Positions 54,538 through 64,000 of a DNA stretch of 64,000 nucleotides are shown here, one piece after another. Below the pieces are notes generated by a model, which was not told the DNA's origin, did not search any database, and saw only the letters and a program-made list of their open reading frames with translations. Position numbers and translations under genes: made by a program. Where the stretch lies: contig OX597839.1 in NCBI GenBank assembly GCA_951406725.2, positions 12,896,001 to 12,960,000 on the forward strand, in the 5' to 3' direction. Positions within the stretch are counted from its first letter, which is position 1. Each line of letters starts with the position of its first letter. The DNA is from Octopus vulgaris. Taxonomy: Eukaryota.

Positions 54538-54773
54538 GTACATATGTATGTGTGTATGTATATATATATATATATTTGTCTCTCTCACAACTATAAGTGA
54601 AAGTTCATTGAGATTTCTTGTATTTGATTTATCAACAAATTTTATGTTCGATGAGCGTAATATACTTGGAAACTGCTTCTGTCCAATATAAGCTAAGCTT
54701 CCCCATGTAGTCCGACACAAAACACTTCGAGACACATAAGACAGACAGATGGAAGACATCAGATCAATATTAA

Positions 54774-56711
54774 TCAAGGGTAATAGCCTAACGATTTCTC
54801 AAAGTTCATGTTATCATGTCGATTGTAGTTTGACTGTATGTGTTGTCTCTCAATTTCAATATTTTGAAACATAGAAGCAATTTCTGCCTCTTTACTGCCA
54901 ATGTTTAGATGTGGGTTACTAGCAGCATACTGCTTATAATTATGACTATACTCCTGCCTTCGCATCGCATCTTCATTTGCATGTGAATGTCTGTCTTGTT
55001 CAACAGACATATCTGGTTTGTATTGCCTGTCCCTTACAGCTGGGTTGTAGTTTGGGTTCAACTGGTTAGGGTAGTGGTTTGTCTGGTATTGCCTGTAGAT
55101 GTCATTCTGTGACATTGTAGGTATTTGACTTTTGTAATAATCATTAGCTGTAGCCATTGACATAGGTCTTGGTTCACCAGCTGACAATGAAGAACGAAGG
55201 TGATTTCTGCTGCCTTCACCAGACTTTGAATCAAAGGCATAGGCATTTGAATAACGGTTGTTAGGCGTTCTATGGTCATGACTGCTATGTCTATATTGCA
55301 CAACTTCCTTATCCCAGTTGGTCTCATTGGCAGAAAGTTTGGCACTGTTATCATATTCCTGATGAGATGGTTTAGGTGAAATCGGTCTTTTAGGTAATTC
55401 AAATGCTGTTGGCAACACTTTTACTCCAGCTATTTTGTGGGGCGGTACTTTTGCAATGGGCTTGTTGCGTGCTGCTTCAAATGACTGACCAGTATCGCTT
55501 CTGTCAAACTGCTGCCGGCTTTCAAGGTTTGAGAGTGAAAACATAGGCCCAGAATGATTCAATGGCTCTGAAGTAAATGAATTTGGTTGATACTGTTGTG
55601 AGTGTGGCATTTTTGGAGAGTATGGCTCACTAGCATTTGTTTTCTGTGTCATTGCGTGTAATTCCCCTGCCTGTCTCTGTTGTTCATCATAATTTGGATA
55701 TTGTCCATAGCCTCGAATATTTTCGCTCATTGGACGACCATACTTCGAAGGAAACCTTTGGCGGTTTTCTTGATTATGAGGATAATCAGCTTGGTCTTCT
55801 CGATTGGCAGTAGGTCTTTCATAGTAAGAATGTCCTCTAGAGAGTTGCACTTGTCTGTTTTGGTGGGGTGAACCAGGGAATGGTGGTTGCTGATTATAAG
55901 GCTGTGGTTGCCCATACGGATGTTGGCTGCGGACATCAGGAAACCTGTTATTATCATCTAAGGCCCAGTCATCATGCACTTGGTGCCGGAAGTACTCATC
56001 ACGCAGTTGGTAGCGTTCATTAGGGTGAGATGGCGGGTATTGTCCAGATGCCATGGCGTTACTGCCAACAGCTTGATTTTCTGGAAGAGGGTGGAAGTTC
56101 ATTTCATTTGTTCTGGGGTCTTTGGGGTAGGCATTTTGTGAAGCAGCACCAAAGTCACCAATGTATTCTTTTTGCATGGATTTTTGTTGCATGAAATTAA
56201 AACTCTCCACAATTTTAGTAGCATCTGTCGTTGACAAAGAAAGAAAAACATGGCAGTCCAAAGCTTTTAAACCTGCCTGACGCCTTAATAAACAGACAAC
56301 AATAGGCTGATGAGAGATTTTCAGTAGATAATTGTTTTTCTTTTCCAGAGTAGAAAAGAGTTTGTCTGGAGACCTAACAATACGTTTCTCATCAAGAGGC
56401 ATAAAAGCAAACTGGGTCTTCCGTGTATTGTTCTTGTTTATCGTAAACTGAACTGCTTCCATGTAATTGATCATATTAAAATCATAATGAGTATTTTTTA
56501 AGAAGCTTCCACTACCAGATCCATTTGAAGTTAATATGTCTAATCCTTTGTAGGTGATTTGCATGTAGACTTCGGCTGGTGATTTGGTGACTTTCTTGTG
56601 GAAGTTGAAGTAATGCTCTTTCAAAGGTTTCTGTATTGATCCCAATCCGGTGGTTCCTTTCGACAAAGTAGAGCAGCCCAGGTAATGTAGGGTGTAGGTT
56701 AGATCCGACAT
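54774..56711 (-). CDS. Uncharacterised 645-aa protein: N-terminal PTB/PH-like domain and long Q/N/Y/P-rich disordered tail
   Basis: Uninterrupted 1938-nt ORF. YTLHYLG, VYMQIT..GLDI and LDCHVF.....DA..IV..F resemble PTB domains. Splice acceptor (ttttattttccAG) 6 nt upstream of the ATG, so a single coding exon starting at 56717. Confidence 0.9.
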   Translation of the reverse strand: MSDLTYTLHYLGCSTLSKGTTGLGSIQKPLKEHYFNFHKKVTKSPAEVYMQITYKGLDILTSNGSGSGSFLKNTHYDFNMINYMEAVQFTINKNNTRKTQFAFMPLDEKRIVRSPDKLFSTLEKKNNYLLKISHQPIVVCLLRRQAGLKALDCHVFLSLSTTDATKIVESFNFMQQKSMQKEYIGDFGAASQNAYPKDPRTNEMNFHPLPENQAVGSNAMASGQYPPSHPNERYQLRDEYFRHQVHDDWALDDNNRFPDVRSQHPYGQPQPYNQQPPFPGSPHQNRQVQLSRGHSYYERPTANREDQADYPHNQENRQRFPSKYGRPMSENIRGYGQYPNYDEQQRQAGELHAMTQKTNASEPYSPKMPHSQQYQPNSFTSEPLNHSGPMFSLSNLESRQQFDRSDTGQSFEAARNKPIAKVPPHKIAGVKVLPTAFELPKRPISPKPSHQEYDNSAKLSANETNWDKEVVQYRHSSHDHRTPNNRYSNAYAFDSKSGEGSRNHLRSSLSAGEPRPMSMATANDYYKSQIPTMSQNDIYRQYQTNHYPNQLNPNYNPAVRDRQYKPDMSVEQDRHSHANEDAMRRQEYSHNYKQYAASNPHLNIGSKEAEIASMFQNIEIERQHIQSNYNRHDNMNFEKSLGYYP

Positions 56712-57539
56712 TGTGCTCTGGAAAATAAAAATAAAACTGAATTAGTGACATCCATTTCTGAATATAACGAAGAAAAAAAAATAAACCATCATCAACAACA
56801 CAGGCACTGAAGATGATTACAATGGTGATGGCATTATTATGAGGATGATGACGATGATAGTGACCATGATGATGGTATCGATGATAATGATGACAACAAC
56901 TACGAGGGTGACGATAATAATGGCGTTGGGGTACTCAGTTTGATAATTTTTAAAGTACAAATGTCAAACTTTTATACGTGTGTGCATGTTTTATGTATGT
57001 GCATGTCTTGTGTGTGCATGTGGAGTGGATATTTTGCCAACTTGATAATTATTGCAGCTGTTATTGTTATTGTTGCTGTTGTTCATGTTGATATTATGTA
57101 GCCCCAGCTCAGCAGACTAATAATACCTAAGTGTTATTCAACAAGCTACTCCTAAACTAAGTATTTGTTAAGAGAAGTAGGGAATATTTTCCTCATATTT
57201 AATATCTACTATTAAATATCCTCATATTAATAACTGTTATTGGTATCTACTATTAATAAGGCAGTGAGCTGGCAGAATCATTAGCCCGATGGGTGAAATG
57301 CTTATCAGCATTTCATCTGTCTTTACATTCTGAGTTCAATTTTTGCCGGGGTCAACCTTGCCTTTCATCATTCCAGGGTCAGTAAAATAAGTACCTGTTG
57401 AGTACTGGGGTCAATGTAATCAACTAGCCCCCTTTCCCTGAACATGCTGCCTTGTGCTGAAATTTGAAATCTATTTTCTTATTTCTTTACCGACCACAAG
57501 GGGCTGCACACAGAGGGGACAAACAAGGACAGACAAACG

Positions 57540-57771
57540 CACTTTCTATGGTCATTCAAAACCTAAAAAATCAATAGAAGTGACATTTTTGTGAATTTTC
57601 TATCCAAAACCCAATCAAAATGCCCGAAACTTGATACGCCAATTGAACGCCAGCTAGCTGTATGTGATTGGTCGGAGATTTGGACAGTACTCACGTGTAT
57701 GTGCGCACACATGCGGCTGTATATGCATGCACTAGCACTATGACCTGGCGTTGCCGGGTCATAGTGCTAGT
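57540..57771 (+). mobile_element. Helitron-like 3' end with palindrome ending in CTAG
   Basis: ctagcactatgacctggcgttgccgggtcatagtgctag followed by T. Confidence 0.55.
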
Positions 57772-58008
57772 ACTATATATAACAATACAATATTGAGCTC
57801 TCATATTAGACAAATTACCAGTTGGTTTTGTATCATAAGTTGAGAACCAATTTCACCATCATCAGAAATGGGTGAAAGGAATACTAGCATGTGGGCTCTT
57901 TGTTACTAGAGCAAATGTGTGTGTGTGTATGTGTGTAGGTATATAGATATCACATGAACAACCAGACTACCGGATGTAGTTATACATCGCTGGTCACAAT
58001 ATGCTTTG

Positions 58009-58318
58009 TGGAGACACATAGCCTTGTGGTTAGAGCAGCGGACTCACGGTCGAGGGATCGCAGGTTCGAATCTCAGACCAGGCGATATGTGTGTTTATGA
58101 GTGAAATACCTAAGCTCCACGTAGCTCCGGCAGAAGGTAATGGCGAAACTTCTGCTGACTCTTTCGCCACAACTTTCTCTCACTCTTTCCTCCTGCATCT
58201 TGCAGCTCACCTGCAACGGACCAGCGTCCCGTCCAGGTGGGGAACCTATACACCAAGAAACCGGGAAACCGGCCCTTATGAGCCAGGCATGGCTTCAGAA
58301 GGAACAAACAAACAAACA
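58009..58318 (+). mobile_element. tRNA-derived SINE with (AAAC)n tail, flanked by about 120-bp direct repeats
   Basis: tagccttgtggttagagcagcggac A-box, ggttcgaatc B-box, aacaaacaaacaaac tail. Confidence 0.8.
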
Positions 58319-58907
58319 ATGTGGGCTCTTTGTTACTAGAGCAAATGTGTGTGTGTGTGTGTAGGTATATAGATATCACATGAACAACCAGACTACCTGA
58401 TGTAGTTATACATCACCTGTCACAATATGCTTTGCATTGTTTTAGCTCTTAAATTATGCCACCCAGCTGGCTAGGTGAGTAGGCTAACATTGCTCTTGAT
58501 CGTTAAGGCTAGTCCACCACAAGGTTACCCATTTACAGATGGGTGGACTGTAGCAACATGAAATGAAGTGTTTTGCTCAAGAACACAGCACACAGCCAGT
58601 AGGCCCCCATATCTACGGCCTTAAATCGCCAGGCCTGGTTGGCGTTTGTGAGAGATGCAGCATTAAGGATAAATGAAGCCAGCTCAACCCACCCTGGGTG
58701 AATGCTTTAAAAAGAAGAAGAAGACACAGCCAGTATGGAATTCAAAACTACAATCTCATGATTTTGATCGCAATACACCTAATTGCTAAGCCATGTGCCT
58801 TTACAGACAACACAGACCGACAGACATATCTCACAAAATGTAGGCCAACATGTTGCGCATGCCAATAGGGACAAATTGGCTAATAATGAGGTCAAACAAA
58901 AGAGTAT

Positions 58908-59105
58908 TAGAGAGAGGGAGAGAGAAAGAGTGAGTGAGAAAGAGTGAGTGAGAGAGTGAGTGAGAGAGAGAAAAAGAGTGAGTGAGTGAGAGAGAGAACG
59001 AAAGAGTGAGAGAGAGAACGAAAGAGTGAGTGAGAGAGAGAAAGAATGAGTGAGAGAGAGAGAGAGAACGAGAGAGAAGGGGGATAATGAATGAAAGAAA
59101 GAGAT
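58908..59105. repeat. (GA)/(GAGT)-rich simple repeat
   Basis: Direct inspection. Confidence 0.9.
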
Positions 59106-60713
59106 ACAGTAAGAAAAAAGAAATTGTGTGATTGAGACAAATTTCTTAGGTTAAAATAGAGGATAAAGTTTGCTTTTTTTTTTGTTGTATTTTGCAAGAA
59201 TGACTGCTTGTATGATGTATAAATGTTTCTTTGTTGTAACAGAAGACAGAAATTAATCCACTGAGGTTCCTATCTATAACCAGCAGTGAGTAGATATCAA
59301 CAGGCTTCTTACCAACAACTAGTGTCACCTTTGAGTGACAATTACAATCTAGGAAAGAACAAAAGCATTGTGAACATTCTAAGGAAATGTCAGTCACCCA
59401 GCCACAAAGGTGCCAAGCTAAGCCAGCCAGCCTAATGGTCAGGCCCTGTCATCCTGTGTACAGTAATGCCTTGATATGTGTGTTAATTTGTTCCTGGAGA
59501 CTATTGGTAAAGTGAAAATTCTTAAAGTAGAGCAATAATTTCCCCATAGTAAAAATGTTATATATTGTAATTCCCAGAAAAATATTTTACCTACAAAATT
59601 TGAAATACTTACTCTTTTACTTGTTTCAGTCATTTGACTGTGGCCATGCTGGAGCACCGCCTTTAGTCGAGCAAATCGACCCCAAGACTTATTCTTTGTA
59701 AGCCTAGTACTTATTCTGCCAGTTTCTTTTGCTGAACCGCTAAGTTATGGGTCGTAAACACACAACCATCGGTTGTGAAGTGATGTTGGGGGGGGGGGGA
59801 CACATATACACACATACATATATATATATATATACATATATACGGCAGGCTTCTTTCAGTTTCCGTCTACTAAATCCACTCACAAGGCTTTGGTTGGCTA
59901 TAGTAGAAGACACTTGCCCAAGGTGCCATGCAGTGGAACTGAACCCGGAACCATGTGGTTCATAAGCAAGCTGCTGACCACACAGCCACTCCTACTTGTT
60001 AATAAATGGCACTAAAACAACAGTAGAATGTAAAGAATATTTTATGTAAAGTAAAAAGAATGTCAAAGATCATTTATAATAAATAAAATATAATTTAGGT
60101 GCAGGAGTGGCTGTGTGGTAAGTAGCTTGCTTACCAACCACATGGTTCCAGGTTCAGTCCCACTGCATGACACGTTAGGCAAATGTCTTCTTCTATAGCC
60201 TTGGGCTGACCAAAGCCTTGTGAGACGGAAACTGAAAAAAGCCCATCCTATATATGTATATGTGTTTGTCCCCCCAACATCGCTTGACAACCGATGCTGG
60301 TGTGTTTATGTCCCCGTAACTTGGCAGTTCGGCAAAAAAGACCAATAGAATAAGTACTAGGCTTACAAAGAATACGTCCTGGGGTCGATTTGCTCAACTA
60401 AAGGCGTTGCTCCAGCATGGCCGCAGTCAAATGACTGAAACAAGTAAAAGAGTAAAAACAGAGTAATTATAATTGTTTTCTGAATCACATTCACTCGCAC
60501 TCGACTCATAAACAACATCACTCGCAGATGCAATCGTCGATTCACAAGGACTTGTAGACGGACTTGTAGGCTTCTTCTTTACAAAAAAAAAAGCCAATAG
60601 TTGTTCACTTAGAGGAAGCTTTTTTCACTCTCTACGAATTTCTCAGTAACATGCAGAAGCTTTTGTTATGGTAGTAGAAACTTTTGCATACACAAAATGG
60701 CTTTTTATATTTA

Positions 60714-61103
60714 TCTCTCTATATATAAAGCTGAAGTTGCCTGTGTATGGCAGGTTTGGTAGCCTTCAACTAACACTCTCCTCTGAGACCCTACGGCGCA
60801 AGTTGACCAAAATTGAGAGTATGATAGAAGAAGGCTTGCTCTTCCTTCCATAGAAGGAAAAATTCAAATTGAACCACGTTAATCCCAAAAATTATTTACA
60901 TCAAAAAGGTGCTTTTTTTCTATGAAAATCCCTATCTTTTACGATTTTTTTACAGCTGTGTCGCCAATTTTCGGTGTATTTCAACCAGAAAAATGTTTGC
61001 TTAAAGAGAATAACAAGCTACATAATACAAAATTTTTACTTTTCAAAAATTCCAATTCTAAAAGGTCGAAACAAACCCAAGCAACGCCAGGCGATACTGC
61101 TAG
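60714..61103 (+). mobile_element. Non-autonomous Helitron with the same 3' end as 51659-52053
   Basis: A/TC...gcaacgccaggcgatactgCTAG/T. Confidence 0.75.
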
Positions 61104-61533
61104 TTATAAAATAAAACTCAAAAACCTGGGATCTTGTAAATCAGGTCCTTGTAAAGTGAAGTATAACTGTATATGTATTCTCATACATATGCACAGCTAC
61201 TAACCAACAATAGCAGAGAAACAAAGAGGAAGGCTGCCCTTTAGGCTTTTAATGACTTCAAACATAAGACAAAGAAATAGCTGCATGAAATCCATTGACA
61301 TTTGCAAAACAATTGAGTCGGTCATTTTGATAGACCTCTTGGCAGTTGTGGGGGGGGGGGGAGCCATATTTATTCCGCTTTCATTTTTTTCCTTGTTATT
61401 ATTCATTTATGTGTAATGTATATAAATACTTTTGTAGTTGTGTTAATAACACTTTTCTTCAGGTTATTGAATATAACCGAAAGTACATACAAATAGATAC
61501 ACTTACATACTTAGTCACTCACTCTCTCTCTCG

Positions 61534-61569
<36 letters not shown>

Positions 61570-64000
61570 CACTCACCATACACATTTTACATTTATTTGC
61601 TTTCATTTGCCCAGTGTGTTCAGTTATACACCTTTGTTAAAATTTGTACCATGACAAAAGATATGTTCTGTAGTACATTTATGTATATTATTTGTGTTTA
61701 TCTATCTATCTGTCTGTCTGTCTGTCTGCCTGCCTGCCTGCCTGTCTGTCTGTCTGTGTACTTACCTGTGTGCTTATACATGCATACTTGTATGTATGTA
61801 TGTAGGTGCAGGAGTAGCTGTGTGGTAAGTAGCTTGCTTACCAACCACATGGTTCCGGGTTCAGTCCCACTGCGTGACACATTGGGCAAGTGTCTTCTAC
61901 TATATCCTCAGGCCGACCAAAGCGTTGTGAGTGGATTTGGTAGGCAGAAACTGAAAGAAGCCCGTCGTATATATGTATATATATATGTGTGTGTGTGTAC
62001 ATGTTTGTGTGTCTGTGTTTGTCCCCCCACCCCCTCAACATCGCTTGACAACCGATGCTGGTGTGTTTACGTCCCCGTAACTTAGTGGTTCGGCCAAAGA
62101 GACTGATAGAATAAGCACTAGGCTTACAAAGAATAAATCCCGGTGTTGAGTTGCTCGATCGACTAAAGGTGGTGCTCCAGCATGGCCACAGTCAAATGAC
62201 TGAAACAAGTAAAAGGCTATGTATGTATGTATGTGTGTATGCATGCATGGATAGATGGATGGATGGATGGATATTCATCTTCTACCTAACCATCTTTTAT
62301 ATACCATCCATCCCTTTACTGGAGAATATGATCAACCAGATCAAGCATGTGAAATAGAAAGCATTTTTCTACAACCTCGCAGATTTCAAGTATTTCAAAA
62401 TTAAGGTGTATAAAACTGTTGTGTGTGTGTGTATAAATGTATGTATGTGTACGTATGTATGTGTGTATATGTGTGTGTCTTTGTGCCTGTGTTTGTCCTC
62501 CAGCATTGCTTGACACCCGGTGTTGGTATGTTTATGGCCCCATGACTTAGTGGTTTGACAAAAAGAGACTGATAGAATAAGTACAAGGTTTAAAATTAAA
62601 AAAAAGTACTGGAGCTGATTTGTTTGACTAAAATTCTTCAAGGTGCACACACACACACACACACATTTCAATATAGCCTTGGTGTCTTCTTTTTAATATA
62701 ATATATATTAAGCCATAAGCTGGCAGAATTGTTAGCATGCCAGGTAAAATGCTTAGCAATATTTTGTCAGTCTTAATGTCTTGAGTTCAAATGCTACAGG
62801 GCTCAGCTTTGCCCTTCATCCTTTCAAGGTTGATAAAATGAGTACTAGTCGAGCACAGGGGTCATTCTAATCAACTTACCCCTTGCCTTCAAATTGTTGG
62901 CCTTGTGCCAAAATTTGAAATCTATATATATGAGGAGGAGCCCCCCCCCCCCCCTTCGGTCATGAATGACCATGGTATTGCACCTAGAAAGTTACCTTCC
63001 TATTTCTTTACTACCCACAAGAGGTTAAACACAGAGAGGACAAACAAGGACAGACAAATGGATTAAGTTAATTATATCGACCCCAAAAGGACAAAAGGCA
63101 AAGTCGACCTCGGCGGAATTTGAACTCAGAACGTAGCGGCAGACAAAATACCGATTTCTTTACTACCCACAAGGGGTTAAACACAGAGATGACAAACAAG
63201 GACAGACAAATGGATTAAGTCAATTATATCGACCCCAGTGTGTAACTGGTACTTATTTAATCGACCCCAAAAGGATGAAAGGCAAAGTTGACCTTGGAGG
63301 AATTTGAACTCAGAACGTAGCGGCAGATGAAATACGGCTACGCGTTTCGCCCGGCGTGCTAACGTTTCTGCCAGCTCGCTGAGGCACAAGTCTGGGCAAG
63401 GTTGTTTATGGAAGACCAGCAGTCACTCATGCATACCGGCCTCCCCTCTCCATGCCACCGATGTTATCCAAGGGACAGGCAAAGGCCGCTACAGCTTGGC
63501 ACAAGTGATGTCGCAGCTCGTTTCTACAGCTGAATGAACTGGAATAACGTGAAATAAAGTGTCTTGCACAAGAACACAACACACAACCCGATTTGGAAAT
63601 TGAACTCACTACCTCATGGTTGTAAGCATGACACTCTCACCACTGAGCCATGCGCCTTCACATATAGAACCCCTTCAGTCACGAATGACCATGGGATTGC
63701 ACCTAGAAAGTTACCTTCCGAGGCACAAGTCTGGGCAAGGTTGTTTATGGAAGGCCAGCAGTTGCCTATGCATACTAGCCTCCCCTCTCCACACCACTGA
63801 TGTTATCCAAAGGATAATATATATTTATATATAAACACTTGATGGTATTGGTAACTATTGAGATGATTGTTCATGGTAAGGTTAGTGGCAGTGGTGGTTG
63901 TGGTGATTATGAGTCATCAAGGTAGCCTACTGCTTGGCTTTGGAATGCTGTCAAACAAGGTGTGAAAATAACGATCTATTTATGTGTGTTTATATGTAAT

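Noticed and set aside
58009-58085. tRNA gene
   Set aside because: Has A and B boxes but continues into a SINE body and tail; it is a tRNA-derived SINE head.

Overview
AT-rich, repeat-dense animal genomic DNA. The SINE, RTE-LINE and microsatellite content looks like a coleoid cephalopod such as Octopus (inferred, not searched). The main result is a pair of tandem + strand paralogues of a spliced gene that the ORF track misses. Copy 2 can be assembled in full: exons 19392-19417, 22788-23167, 30651-30776, 36442-36516 and 37799-38004 give 813 nt, 270 aa, with GT-AG introns and consistent phases. Copy 1 has exons 3523-3896, 5175-5312, 8045-8119 and 9535-9740; its first exon is presumably upstream of the window. 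The protein has a low-complexity N-terminus and a C-terminal Death domain, an IMD/RIP-like innate-immune adaptor layout. Copy 2 has a caspase-8-type site followed by an IAP-binding-type tetrapeptide (IETD/ALPV). Copy 1 lacks that site but has a RHIM-like motif (IRNGKNVAVGGDSNV) that copy 2 replaces. Exons diverge almost entirely by amino-acid changes while neighbouring introns are near-identical. A relic third terminal exon lacking the Death-domain coding part lies near 13.5 kb. A single-coding-exon 645-aa PTB-like gene lies at 54774-56711 (-). The rest is mobile DNA: RTE LINEs, Gypsy remnants, a Helitron Rep fragment, non-autonomous Helitrons, mariners, a CRE-like RLE retrotransposon, MITEs with 8-bp TSDs, tRNA-derived SINEs, Penelope-like fragments with degenerate hammerhead motifs, minisatellites and microsatellites.
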